Below are positions 1 to 12,440 of a stretch of 52,128 bases of DNA, one piece after another (position 1 is the stretch's first letter; each line of letters starts with the position of its first letter). The translations under genes and the position numbers were made by a program. The DNA comes from Octopus bimaculoides. Taxonomy: Eukaryota. The notes beneath the pieces were generated by a model. It did not search any database. It was not told where the DNA came from and worked only from the letters and a program-made list of their open reading frames with translations. Location: assembly GCF_001194135.2 (NCBI RefSeq), contig NC_069008.1, forward strand, positions 14,964,261 through 15,016,388, given 5' to 3'.

Positions 1-489
1 ATACACACACACACACACACACACTCATCATGCCTTTGGAACAGCAACAATCACAAAATGATTTTTTTTTTCCTTAATCGTAATTTTCTGTCATTTTATC
101 TTATTCTACATTTGTAACTCACACTAAAAGAAAAAAAAAACTTACCACACTCTTCCTTCCTTCATTGTACTTTTCGTAATGAAAGAAAAGCCAAACACCG
201 CAAGTGGATGCGTGAAAAACGAAATTTGAATTTTTAAGTGTATCTATAAAGCAACATTTTAGTCATTTATTTAAACTTTCTCTACTAACTCATCAAATTC
301 AATTACATGAAATAAATGGGGTTTGAGATTTAAATTTGGTAATTATTTTCTAAGATTTTAATTCTTGTGTATAAGGGGCCCACCGAACCTGAAGTGCCCC
401 GGACCTCCCATGGTTTAAATCCGGTCCTGTACGTGCATATGTACGAAGAGATCCCTCCCAGTATCTAGGACATAAAAGGCAGAAAGCGT

Positions 490-1060
490 TGACACAACAA
501 ATATCAGCTGTGCAAGTCCAAGATTGAAGACATCAACCACGTTGTTGTCAACTGTGAGAGACTGTCTTTCAAATATTATCTTCCCATGAAACATGATAAG
601 GTGGCCAGAAGAGTCTAGAACAGGATAAAAAGGAGAATAGCTACAAACGAAGTTGATCATATTAAGACCGATGGGTCAAAAGAGTACTGGTGCGACTTGA
701 AATTTGAAATAGCTACCAAGTTAAAATACAACCAACCACATATCGTTATACTTTGGAAATCAGCTGCCCTCTGGACAAGAATGTGGTTCGAAAATTACAA
801 GAAAAAGAAGACATCTATGAACCATTGATAAGGGGTTGGCAAATGTAGTACCCATGATACACTTTCAGCTTCATATCCATTATTATTGAAGCAACAGAAT
901 AAATACCAACTTGTCTGGAGCAAAGTAACGTTGAACTTGAAACCTTGGGGAGAGAATCCAAATCCTTAATCTATATGCTACAAATGATCGCGATATCTGG
1001 GGGTATAAAAATTTGCAAGACATTCTTAAGATTTTAAGAGCGATGGTTAAAACAAGATGT
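490..1060 (+). mobile_element. Degraded R4/Dong-like (RLE-encoding) non-LTR retrotransposon, zinc knuckle/endonuclease region
   Basis: Translates to QLCKSKIEDINHVVVNC...MKHDKVARR (CCHC knuckle + RHD motif), followed by stops and frameshifts. Confidence 0.7.
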
Positions 1061-1336
1061 TTTCCTTCACAACCTTGCTACGAAATCGGTGAACGGTCAG
1101 AATTTACTCGAAAATTAAAAAAGAGAAGATATACACAGAACATCATCATATCAAGCAGACGAGAATCCCGAAGTCAGTCAATGTTGGATCGAAGGTTTAT
1201 TGTGGCGAGGAGGTGGGGGTATTGATCAGTTGAATTGTGAGCATTGGTGGCGGTCGACTTGGTATTGGCCGATAACAATAATAACAACAACAATTAACAC
1301 TCGGAATAGCAGCTGGTGTGGATATCCTGCGACTGA

Positions 1337-1415
1337 TTAGTTCGGTTTCATTCGAATGAATATGGCCATGGAATCAGCTGTTCCATATCCTGAAAGTAAC
1401 AACATTATCATCATT

Positions 1416-1459
<44 letters not shown>

Positions 1460-1803
1460 TTATTCAAACCCCAAAGAATTCCTCTCAACACATGGCTATG
1501 ATGCTCCTCCACTATTTCTGCTCATGGAGACATTGATGCACATATTGTGAGCCACTAAGGGATATGGTCAAACAACTGGTTACAGTCAAACAATTGACAA
1601 GCAAAGCTGTGGTGTTGAGCAGAATATTTGCTGTAGCCCTTCTTTTATACCAAGACAAAACAGTGTACATGATAACACTTCCAAACAGTTAAGATGAGAA
1701 GCCATGAAAGCCACTACCTGGTACTGCATCAGGACATTTATTCCTCCTCTTCTTCTTCTTTTCATTATTATTATTATTGTTATTATTATTAATAATAATA
1801 ATA

Positions 1804-1885
<82 letters not shown>

Positions 1886-3623
1886 AATAAATAAATAAAT
1901 AAATATTTAAAAAATGAAGTAGACTGACATATCAAATTTTGAACCCGTTGAAGGTACACGAGATACCGAAATATCGTTCAGCAAATTTAATTATGGGAGC
2001 TCTTCTTTTTTATTTACATATTCTCTCCAGAGGAGTCATACCAGTCCTAATATTATCTATAATAATAATAATATAGAAAGGATTGAGATAACTCCTCCTG
2101 AAGATATATAATCGAAATTAAAAGAAGAGTGCCATTGTTATCTAGTGAACGATATTTCGACATCTTGTGTGTCTTCAACTGGTTCAAAAAATAACATTGG
2201 CACGAGACGAAAAGCCAAGGTGATAAAATAGACAGACGACGAAATACTTACCGTTACGCCATATGGTTTTCGACTTTGTATTAGAGTATAAGATTGAAGG
2301 GAAATAGCTTGACCTTTCCCAAGCACATGCAAGGAATTTTTCATTAATACACAACCAGCCGGTATCACCGGGACATCCTTTGTGAAAAGCTGACACATAA
2401 AATCGGCGGACGCTTCTGTTGGGAGAAAAATATAAAAGGGCTGGTTTTACATTTTCTTGTGAATTCCAGAAGTGTTCAGTCGTTTTCATGAGACATTTAT
2501 TAATCTGAAAGAAGAATAAAACTTTAATTTCCTTCAAACTAAATTTGCCTGACTTAAAATGTATATGTTGTAGCGCTCCATTCACTTCGTGATGGCCCCA
2601 TCGTAGTCATTCAAAATAAAGGTGCCTAGGACCCTTACTACAACTTCCGTCTTCAAAACGACTGTCCCTCAAGATCTCCTTCAGCTTTGGGAACAACCAA
2701 AAGTTACAGGGTACAGGGTCTGGACGGCAGGGAAGTTGAGGAACAGTTCTAATGTTCATCCCTTTCAAGTAATTGGTTACTAGAATGTTTGTCACTGTCC
2801 ACCTTGACATCAAACTTTGCACAGATTTTGCGCATGTTCAGATCTTCATGAATAGGCACAGACGTGGCTGTGTAGTAAGAAGCTTGCTTCCCAAACGGAT
2901 GGATCCGGGTTCAGTCCCACTGCATGGCACCTTGGGCAAGTGTCTTCTATTATAGCCTCGAGCAGACCAAAACCTTGTGAGTAGATTTGGTAGACGGAAA
3001 CTGGAAGAAGCCTGTTGTATATATCCTGTCAATAGGCACGTACATTCACATGAAGGATGACCGATGTTTGTTGAGATGTAAGTATGCGTAGAATTGTGTG
3101 CACGTGCGTGTGGGTGAGTGCTTGTGTGCGTCAATGTATACAGGCGTACGCGCACAAGTATACATATGTATGTGTATGAATGTCTGTCTGTGCGTGTGAG
3201 TAGTTGTCGGTATCTGATCCCATCATCGTGCTTGACTGCTCTAGCCAGCCATCAAACGCTTACACACCCCTCCATTTACACTGGATTCTTTGTAATTTTT
3301 TTAATATTTTCTAGCAACGACTTCTTGACCACAAATAGAAACACCCCAACCCCCTTTTTTTTATATTAGATGCTCTGTGTCTTTACCCGTTTATTATTTT
3401 TCCTGGCCACATCTTTCTCACTTTACCAAATGTGTCCGAACTGTTGGCATCTCCCCATCAGTATACAACTTGAAGTGAAAATAGAATGTAAATCTGGGAA
3501 CAGTCTCCTTTGCACTGTACGTTGCATCTGGTGCCATTACATCGTTCCACGCCTACTAGAGAGCAGTGCAGAATATACCCGAAACGAGTGATGTTAAACA
3601 CCGTCTTCCGTATTAATCATTTA

Positions 3624-3676
<53 letters not shown>

Positions 3677-5270
3677 NNNNNNNNNNNNNNNNNNNNNNNN
3701 NNNNNNNNNNNNNNNNNNNNNNNNNNNNNNNNNNNNNNNNNNNNNNNNNNNNNNNNNNNNNNNNNNNNNNNNNNNNNNNNNNNNNNNNNNNNNNNNNNNN
3801 NNNNNNNNNNNNNNNNNNNNNNNNNNNNNNNNNNNNNNNNNNNNNNNNNNNNNNNNNNNNNNNNNNNNNNNNNNNNNNNNNNNNNNNNNNNNNNNNNNNN
3901 NNNNNNNNNNNNNNNNNNNNNNNNNNNNNNNNNNNNNNNNNNNNNNNNNNNNNNNNNNNNNNNNNNNNNNNNNNNNNNNNNNNNNNNNNNNNNNNNNNNN
4001 NNNNNNNNNNNNNNNNNNNNNNNNNNNNNNNNNNNNNNNNNNNNNNNNNNNNNNNNNNNNNNNNNNNNNNNNNNNNNNNNTATATATACGATGGACTTCT
4101 TTCAGTTTCCGTCTACCAAATCCACTTACAAGGCTTTGGTCGGCCCAAGGTTATAGTAGAAGACACTTGCCCAAGGTGCCACGCAGTGGGAATGAACCCA
4201 GAACCATGTGGTTGGTAAGCAAGCTACTTACCACACAGCCACTCCTATATATAAATATTGCATTTCGAAATCTCTCAGAGGGAGTTATGCATATCTCTCT
4301 CTGAGAGATTTAGAAATGCAATATTCTATTTTTGTAGATCAGAGAATTTTATTTCACTTGAAATTCTATGTTTTCACCAGCGGTTTAGCAGCGACATGTA
4401 ACAAGGCCAGACTGATAAAGAGCAATTACCCTGAAACTAGTCTCTGGGTATTGGCTTTGTTGGGTAGAGATGCTTATCTCCCCTGTTTGAAAATTTAAGG
4501 ACACAGAACACTTGTGTCCCGTAGTCAACTAGAAACGGTGTTTCTTGGGGCTAAATAGCAGTAGCATTCTCCCCTTTCCTGGGACTGCCACATTAAGTTG
4601 GTAACAATCCATCACTTTATCCTGCTGTTACTGCATAACTCTCTCTCATAACAAAGAGCCAGCGTGAAATTTTGCGTTAAACTTGGGAAGTCTGCTAAAG
4701 AAACATTGAACATAGTTCGGCAAGCTTACGGCGACGAGACAAATGGGTCATACGCAATGTTTCTAGTGACACAGGTGCTTCAGAAGCGAAAGAATGTACG
4801 TGGAAGACGATGAGCGATTTGGAAGACCTGCCACGAGCGTCACCCCCGGAAATGTGGAGAAAAAATTCATCAGCTTGTGCAGGAGGATGGTCGGAGGACA
4901 ATCAATGACATTGCTGATGTGGCTGGCCAATCGCAAGCAATCATAATGTCCGCGAAGAATTGGATTCTTCACGACGACAATGCCCCCTGTCACCGAGCTC
5001 TTCTCACTCATGAGTTTCTCACCAAAATCAACATGGTATCAATTCTGTTACTTCCTGTTTCTGTTGTGCTTGTAATTCAAAAGGTCAGCCTTGTCACACT
5101 GTGTCACGCTGAATATCCCAGAGAACTACGTTAAGGGTACACGTGTCTGTGGAGTGCTCAGCCACTTGCACGTTAATTTCACGAGCAGGCTGTTCCGTTG
5201 ATCGGATCAACTGGAACCCTCGATGTCGTAAGCGACAGAGTGTCAACAACAGTTAGATAGACAGACAGAC

Positions 5271-5340
<70 letters not shown>

Positions 5341-5954
5341 CGTTTATTAAAACATAATCTAGAAATAATTAATAATTTATATTAAAATATTCATATAATG
5401 AATTTAATGTATTGTTTTGGAAAATGTAAAGTAACTCCAAACAGTCTCTATATCAGGAATTTCGGAGAAAAGGCACAGAAGTGAGAACATCCATCTTGGA
5501 TTTCCTTTGTATTTATTAATTTATTTATTTATTTTCTCTCTTCATCAGCTCTGAAAGAGTGAAAAGCGAAACTGATCTCGGTTAAATTTGAACCTAGAAT
5601 CTAAATGTAATTAAGTAATGTAAAGTGATAATGGTGACCTACACAACGCCAACCATTGAGAAACTATTTTTGCTGCTTGTTGCGAGATCGTCCCATGGAG
5701 AACTTTCCAGATTTTTATCAGAGAACCAGTTTTCAAGGGTTGTATTTCGTCCATTAAAAACCATTGTTACAACAGCTGTTTGGTTTTTGTATAACACAAG
5801 TTTCACCTGAAAAAATGAAAAAAAAATATATAAATTTTACATATACATGTGGGTGTGTGAATGCACGTATGTGTGTGCATATGTACCTAGGCATGTGTGT
5901 GTGTGTGAATATACACACACACACATATGTATGTGTGTGTGTGTGTGTATATAT

Positions 5955-6017
<63 letters not shown>

Positions 6018-7659
6018 TGTAGGAGCCGGAGTGGCCGTGTGGTAAGTAGCTTGCTTACCAACCACATGGTTCCAGGTTCAGTCCCACTGCGTGTACCTTG
6101 GGCAAATGTCTTCTGCTATAGCCTTGGGTCCCGACCAAAGCCTTGTGAGTGGATTTTGTAGACGAAACTGAAAGAAGCTCGTTGTATATGTGTGTTTGTG
6201 TATATATATATATATGGAGATTTATTCACATCCAACCTTTTTTATTAAAAAGTCTCCAACAGCATATATAACAATGACCAACATATGTTTCTACTGCAGC
6301 AACTGCTCTGCATGTAATTATCCATCAATTTTATCAAGGGTCCACCACTCACGATGTTTTCAAAGTAAACTAATTCAAACAAGCTTCTTGCGTTGGTATT
6401 AAGTTGAAGGTGATGGGGTTACTTGTTATATCGAATTGATATATTATAACACTGGGCAACAAAGAAAATTATTGTCTGCTACCCAGACAAATGGTGCTGT
6501 ACTAAATTAATCGAGTCCGCTGATTCCGAATTTGAATTCAGAATTGCTGTAGTGCGTCAGGATTTTGAGTTATACGCATAATTATATATTAATACTCTAT
6601 TAGTATCAGGAATAGTTAAGTTCAAAGTAAATAATTATTATGATAGTATATTAGTACTGTGTATAGTATATTTATGTTTAAGGCAAATAACATTATAATA
6701 TAATGGTACATTGTATATTTATGTTAAGGGAATACTCACTTTATTTTTTATATGCTCAGCTCAGAAATATTTGAGACATTTGCTCTTTTGCTTAAGCATC
6801 GTGCTGGTCTCCCGTTGTAGAAACCAGTAGTAGTCACCCATCATGTGTGGATTGAATCGGCCTTGATACCTCGTTTCCATCTTAGATATGTCTTGGTGGA
6901 ACCTCTCACCATGCTGATCACTAACGGCACCAAGATTCGTTGGGAAAAAAATCAAGATGAGAATGCAAGAAGTGCATTTTAAGGGACATTCGGCATCCCA
7001 TTCTTTCATACGTTGTTAGCATATTGCTTATTATATCGGCATAGTTTTCAGCTCTATGATTTCCGAGAAAGTTCTATACCATTAACATGAATGAATCCCA
7101 TGCTGTGAGCTCAAATGGATTCAGTTTACCTCTGAATTTGCTATCAAACATCAATTCCCTGATCTCGGGTCTAATGAAAATACCTGCTTCAGTTTTGCGT
7201 CACTTTCCTCTGCACCAAATTTTACTTTTAGGTACTGGAAGCCACAACCACCGTATGTCATTGCATTTACAATGTTTTTCATGGGACCGAGTTTGATGTG
7301 AAGATCTTTTGAGGGTCTACCAGTGGCATATGCTGTACATTGTACTGACCAACTATGCGCTCATCTCTTTTAGGCCAGTCTTTTACAGTGTAATGATTAC
7401 TGTCGTCGCGGCTGTTCCAAACAAACAAGAAGCACATAGTTTTGGTGCTTGTATGTGTGTGTACGTTTGTATGAGCGACTTCCATTATAGATGGCATTTC
7501 TGGTGACCCATTTCGTTCTGAGTTCAAATTCCGCTGCGGTCGACTCTGCCTTTCATCCTTTCGAGAGTCAATGAAAAAAAGGACTAGTTAAACACTGGAT
7601 GTGGGGAGGAGTAAGCAACTAGCTTCCCAATCGCCAAAATTTCAAGTCATGCACCTACG

Positions 7660-7732
<73 letters not shown>

Positions 7733-7927
7733 CTGCATGCATACCTGATCAATTGGAAGTTTGTTCCAGATATCGAGTATTGGGTGTCGGAAGAAATTTG
7801 GACAATAGTCGCCATTGCATTTGTCCACATTCCAAGTTGAAGGACTTCCTATATTGAGTATGGAATTGTAGATTAACGAATTTGCTCCCATTGATAGGGC
7901 ATAGGCTTTTATCCATTCACTACCTGA

Positions 7928-7994
<67 letters not shown>

Positions 7995-8739
7995 GAATTG
8001 AAAAAGAGACTGAATTAATTAGAGGGGAAATATGAATTATTATGAACTAATATTATGAACTAATCTGTGAAAATGATGTAAGATCCAGAAAAGGAAGAAA
8101 GTTGAAAAGAAAACCTGGATTCTCACCAAGAGCCGAACAGATCATAAAAGAAACACCTAAAACGCCTGTACCTAAAATATAGCACACTCAAGAGCCTGAA
8201 GAAAAAGGATAATATAATGATCCTAGGAAAAACAGCCAGGAAAATGATGTCGAAACAGAATTTGAAGACCACATATTTGCTATACAACATAGAAAATCTG
8301 TCATCGAAATGAAGCAGGAAGTTCTGAATGAGCTTGCAGTTGTAGGGCATACAAATATGAATGATAGGGAACCACTCCATAAACTCTCAAATGCACACCA
8401 ACATAAAAAGCAAATAAGAATTGGCAACTGCGTTACACAAGAAATCATACAACTAAAACCCGATCTTAATAAGTTAAATGAAATCATTTACTCTGTTGCT
8501 AAGGTAATCGAAAGACGCTGTTTAACACCCAAAAAGCCAACAATACCAAATTCGAAAAGAAAATCAAACTGGAGGAGTAGAATTGAAAACTGAGATTGAA
8601 TCATTGCGAAGGTGTACGAAAAACACTCGGCGAGAAATGGAAGAAAATTNNNNNNNNNNNNNNNNNNNNNNNNNNNNNNNNNNNNNNNNNNNNNNNNNNN
8701 NNNNNNNNNNNNNNNNNAAAGAAAGAAGAAGAAAAAAAC

Positions 8740-8788
<49 letters not shown>

Positions 8789-10061
8789 GGGTTTCAAATT
8801 TTGCTAGCTTCTCAACCATACAGCTACGCTAGCACCTAAAATATAGCATTAAGATCCTCCGAGACATGGACAAGCTATTTCGTTTTCCCTTTTATTTTTA
8901 TAGAAACCCAGCAGTTGAGTATTCATGCATCTCTCCTCTGCGCCACCGAGGTTGCCTAAAGAAAAGTGAGCTGCTTTTAAGGTCAATATACCTTGTCCTT
9001 TGCGTTGTTGCCTGAGTGCGAAGATTTGGAAAGAGTACAGCAAATCATTTCGGTTCACACTCTGACAGTTCTAGTAATCAGTTCCCCGAGATTGGTTTAT
9101 ATGCATCGATCCCGAATGGATAAAAGATGACGTTGAACTTAGCGGGATTGGAACACAGACCGCCCTATTTGAAACAAATAACCTAGTCAACGCCCCTAAA
9201 AGACTCTTTTCCTTCGCCGCTCTGATAACTCATATTGTACGGCCATAGAACGAACCCTCTTGTCATAGACGACAGATGAGCGTTCCACAATTTTTTGCTA
9301 AACAACCTGCACAAATGATTCATCTATTGTTATCAAATGCCTATACTGTGCATTAAGCTCAATCCTCTCTATCAAATCGATATTGCTTGCACAAATGTAT
9401 GGTTTGCTACACATTAGATGTCTAAGTGATCGCAGAGCAACGTAACAATAAGTCATTCGCACAAGACCCCACACACCAACCAAAATGGCACGCGCCTTCA
9501 TATCGTTCGACAATAACCGCTTAACGAACAATAACATCGTAACAAAAGTTACCGGAAATGGATGTGCAGCAGTAAGTAGAAGCTACAAAGAAGCGAAGCT
9601 GTAACAGAATTAAAAACAGTAATAAAAGAAGAAAACATGGATTATCTGATTATCAGAAATCGTTTGATAACATGCCACACACATGAATATCGGAAACGTT
9701 CCATATCGATAAAACAACTCATCAACCAAGCCATATCAATGTTGGTTTGGCCGATTAGTTTCGTCCGTTGCTTTCCTTGAAATTACATAAATCCTTCCTA
9801 ATGTTATTTGAATTAACACGAAACTTTTCATCTTTTTTTCTTTCAGCTTTTACTTGTTTCATTTATTAGACAGCGACCATACTGGGGCACCGCCTTGAAG
9901 AAGATTTTAGTTGAATGTATCTGCCCTAGTACTTATTTTTTGAAGCATAGTAATTATCCTACAGGTCGCTTATGTCGAACCGCTAAGTTACGGAAACATA
10001 AACACACCAGCACCGTTTGTCAAGCGGTGGGAGTGGGGACAAACACAGACTCACACTCACA

Positions 10062-10132
<71 letters not shown>

Positions 10133-10466
10133 NNNNNNNNNNNNNNNNNNNNNNNNNNNNNNNNNNNNNNNNNNNNNNNNNNNNNNNNNNNNNNNNNNNN
10201 NNNNNNNNNNNNNNNNNNNNNNNNNNNNNNNNNNNNNNNNNNNNNNNNNNNNNNNNNNNNNNNNNNNNNNNNNNNNNNNNNNNNNNNNNNNNNNNNNNNN
10301 NNNNNNNNNNNNNNNNNNNNNNNNNNNNNNNNNNNNNNNNNNNNNNNNNNNNNNNNNNNNNNNNNNNNNNNNNNNNNNNNNNNNNNNNNNNNNNNNNNNN
10401 NNNNNNNNNNNNNNNNNNNNNNNNNNNNNNNNNNNNNNNNNNNNNNNNNNNNNNNNNNNNNNNNNN

Positions 10467-10528
<62 letters not shown>

Positions 10529-12146
10529 TAAGATACCAGGAAACCCCAAAATGGCTGAAGTCCAAAAGATAGTGCTCATGGGAACTGCCCATATCCTACG
10601 TAAAATACTGTCTATGTGATCTCAAATTTTAAAGCAAACATAATTTTCTTATGGTTTCTTAAACATTCACTTGAACAAAACTGTACAAATCCAAATATAT
10701 GGTACCCTAGGCATAACACCTACATGAACTTCTAACTTGTTGTCTCTTGAGGTCTCTGGGTGAGACTTGGATCCAACTTGTACAAATGCAAAACAAAAGT
10801 CAAACATAAAATAATAATGATAATAATGGTTTCAAATTGTGCCACAAGGGTAGCAGTTTTGTGAAGAAAGTTTATTAAAAGCTGCTACAGTCACAGCAAG
10901 ACATAGGGAAACCAAAACTCGAACGAAGTTAAAAGCCAGAAAAAAAAGACCAGAGATTATTTGACTGGCAGGAGAAGACGTTGCATAGTAGATTCCCAAA
11001 GACAGTTGCAGCAAAGAGTAGTAGTGAGACATGGTTATGGCTGCAGAATGAAAAGCTGAAGAGGGAGACAGAAAGTTTGATCGTAGCTGCACAAGATCAA
11101 GCATTAAGGATTAATTGGATAAAAGCCAAGATAGACAAGAACCAAGTAGATTTCCAATGTAAATTATGCAAATCAAAAGTGGAAAGTGTTACTCATATGC
11201 TAAGTAAATGTTGCATGCTGGCATAGAAAGAATACAAGAAAAGACATGACAATCTAAAGAGAGTGGTTCACTGGGAGTTGTGTAGAAAGCTAAGATTTGA
11301 ACATAGTGATACATGGTATGAACATGAACCTAGTAAAGTACTAGAAAGTAAGAAATACAAGATGTTTTGGGACTTTAACATTCAAACTGACAGAGTAATA
11401 GAAGCTAAAAGGCCTGATTTGGTAGTAGTACAAAAAGAGAATAGAAAGTACCGGATAATTGACTTCACAGTCCTAAATGATGAAAAAATCAATATGAGAG
11501 GTAGAGAAAAAATAGCTAAGTATCAGGACCTAACCATTGAATTACAGAGACTATGGAAAGTGTGGGTAAAATACATCCTAGTAGTTATATGTGCATTAGG
11601 ATCTGTCCCTAAAGATTTGAACAGATGGGTAGAGGAAATAGGCATAAAACCCAATTTAGTACAGCTCCAGAAAACACTGCTATTAGGGATAGCTAGGATA
11701 CTTAGGAGGGTTCTTGGCATCTAAAGTCAGTTGTTGTCGCTCGATGTTAGGATTTTTTTCTTTGCCAACAATCTAATCTGTTGGGTGCATATGAAAATAA
11801 TAATCATTCACTTACTTTTGTAGTAGGAAATCTCATTGCTGTCCAGCATGTTAATGACTGTCATTATATTTTTCGGTGAGTAATTCTTACAAACTTGGCT
11901 GACTTTATTGTAAGAAAAGAATTCCGATTGGCTGTTTAGAGCGATGATGGCACATTCCAGTTGACTTCGGCTTGGATAGAATTTGTCTGTTTGAGATGTC
12001 TGAAGATAACCATAGGAATAACCAGGAACCAAAGATTTGTAATATGCTTCATCAAAATTCTGGTCTGTGGCACCGGTCAGAATTGTTGCAAGGTTTACCA
12101 GCAGCACGATGGTCACGGTTGGATCGGTAGAAGGAAACTGGTACAT
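1337..12146 (-). CDS. Five-coding-exon gene for a 296-aa predicted secreted protein (signal peptide + PAN/Apple-like module + uncharacterised Cys/Trp-containing domain). Coding exons: 12146-11816, 7923-7745, 5806-5643, 2415-2252, 1389-1337
   Basis: All four introns are GT-AG (donors GTAAGT, GTATGC, GTAGGT, GTAAGT; acceptors TTTCAG, TTTCAG, CAACAG, TTTCAG) with matching phases 1/0/2/1. Exons sum to 891 nt with no internal stop and end ...GYGTADSMAIFIRMKPN*. Hydrophobic VTIVLLVNLATILTGA near the N-terminus. SRSQLECAIIALNSQSEFFSYNKVSQVC resembles PAN/Apple. AATAAA on minus strand at 1201-1196. An acceptor AG at 12149-12148 implies a further upstream exon. Confidence 0.88.
1403..1905. repeat. Microsatellite cluster: (ATC)n 1403-1460, (ATT)n 1764-1790 abutting (AAT)n 1791-1880, (AAAT)n to 1905
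   Basis: Direct reading. Confidence 0.9.
2590..2830 (-). mobile_element. mariner transposase C-terminal relic
   Basis: VPQLPCRPDPVPCNFWLFPKLKEILRDSRFED matches the mariner YSPDLAPxDFxLFxxLK motif region. Confidence 0.75.
2855..3024 (+). mobile_element. SINE family A, 5' half
   Basis: Aligns by eye to 18136-18302. Confidence 0.8.
4081..4246 (-). mobile_element. SINE family A, 5' half
   Basis: Reverse complement of the family A head, ending in (TA)n at a gap. Confidence 0.8.
4655..5045 (+). mobile_element. Internally deleted mariner transposase relic
   Basis: ASVKFCVKLGKSAKETLNIVRQAYGDE (HTH), EDDERFGRP, WILHDDNAPCH (catalytic HDNA motif). Confidence 0.8.
5083..5250 (+). mobile_element. SINE family B, 3' half
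   Basis: Near-identical to 17870-18030. Confidence 0.85.
6021..6190 (+). mobile_element. SINE family A, 5' half
   Basis: Same head sequence. Confidence 0.8.
6449..7460 (-). mobile_element. DNA transposon 3' relic, probably Chapaev(3)-like
   Basis: Minus-strand fragments CFLFVWNSRD..HY..KDWPKR, PLVDPQKI, LHIKLG, NLGAVSDQHGERFHQDISKMETRYQG...MMGDYYW. Terminus CACTGGGCAAC at 6449. Family name from recalled motifs only. Confidence 0.6.
7505..7630 (+). mobile_element. SINE family C fragment
   Basis: GTTCTGAGTTCAAATTCCGC...GTCGACTCTGCCTTTCATCCTTTCG, shared with 51055-51251 (-) and 9040-9165 (-). Confidence 0.7.
7995..8650 (+). mobile_element. Probable N-terminal ORF fragment of an R4/Dong-like LINE, bracketed by (AAT)n tracts
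   Basis: Disrupted ORF (DREPLHKL...LNEIIYSVAKVI...WRSRIEN) resembling the pre-RT region of these elements. Flanked by (AAT)n at 7930-7993 and 8740-8787. Confidence 0.45.
9855..10132 (-). mobile_element. SINE family A, 3' half with expanded (GT)n
   Basis: CCGAACCGCTAAGTTACGG-like...GGGGACAAACACAGAC matches the 3' half of 18136-18548. Confidence 0.7.
10528..10827 (+). mobile_element. Extremely 5'-truncated R4/Dong-like 3' end
   Basis: KIPGNPKMAEVQKIVLMGTAHILRKILSM* (RLE C-terminus) directly after (AAT)n, then a 3'UTR and ATAATAATGATAATAAT tail. Confidence 0.7.
10870..11805 (+). mobile_element. R4/Dong-like LINE 3' region (zinc knuckle + restriction-like endonuclease), one in-frame stop
   Basis: Same-frame ORFs 10981-11226 and 11263-11724: ETESLIVAAQDQAL, CKLC..ESVTHMLSKC, RHD, WDFNIQTDRVIEAKRPDLVVV...IIDF...EKIAKYQDL. 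Short AATAATAAT tail. Confidence 0.9.
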
Positions 12147-12321
12147 CCTGCACTAGAATCAACAGAAACAAAGAGAAAGAGAGAAATGGTGAAAAGGATG
12201 GGGTAAATAAGAGAAGGAAAAAGAGAAGAGATGTAGAGAAACTTATGGAAGAGACGAGAAAGCGAGAAAAATATGGACAGGAAAATGACTGAGAAGGAAA
12301 AAGTGTGGGAACGAAGAACAA

Positions 12322-12440
12322 TGTTTTAGAAAGAAGATAATGAAGGGGAAACAGTGTTTTAGAAAGAAGATAATGAAGGGGAAAGTGTTTTAGAAAGAAG
12401 ATAATGAAGGGGAAACAGTGTTTTAGAAAGAAGATAATGA
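12322..12440 (+). repeat. 31-33-bp minisatellite (TGTTTTAGAAAGAAGATAATGAAGGGGAAACAG), >=3.5 copies running into a gap
   Basis: Head-to-tail units with no spacers. Confidence 0.9.

Noticed and set aside
3510-4304. Long ORFs spanning N runs (also 9895-10619, 12404-13297, 19106-19970, 25501-26442, 34614-35591, 43762-44260)
   Set aside because: Artefacts of assembly gaps and microsatellites.
9298-9537. Possible Tc1/mariner fragment (LITIDESFV)
   Set aside because: Similarity is too weak to support without a search.
9711-9780. Possible type II hammerhead on the minus strand (GAAA...TGATGAG)
   Set aside because: Core C3 is missing, no UH cleavage triplet is in register, and stem II has a 4-nt insertion. 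It is only an imperfect inverted repeat.
12322-12440. 33-bp repeats as a CRISPR array
   Set aside because: Units are head-to-tail with no unique spacers, the context is eukaryotic, and there are no cas genes.
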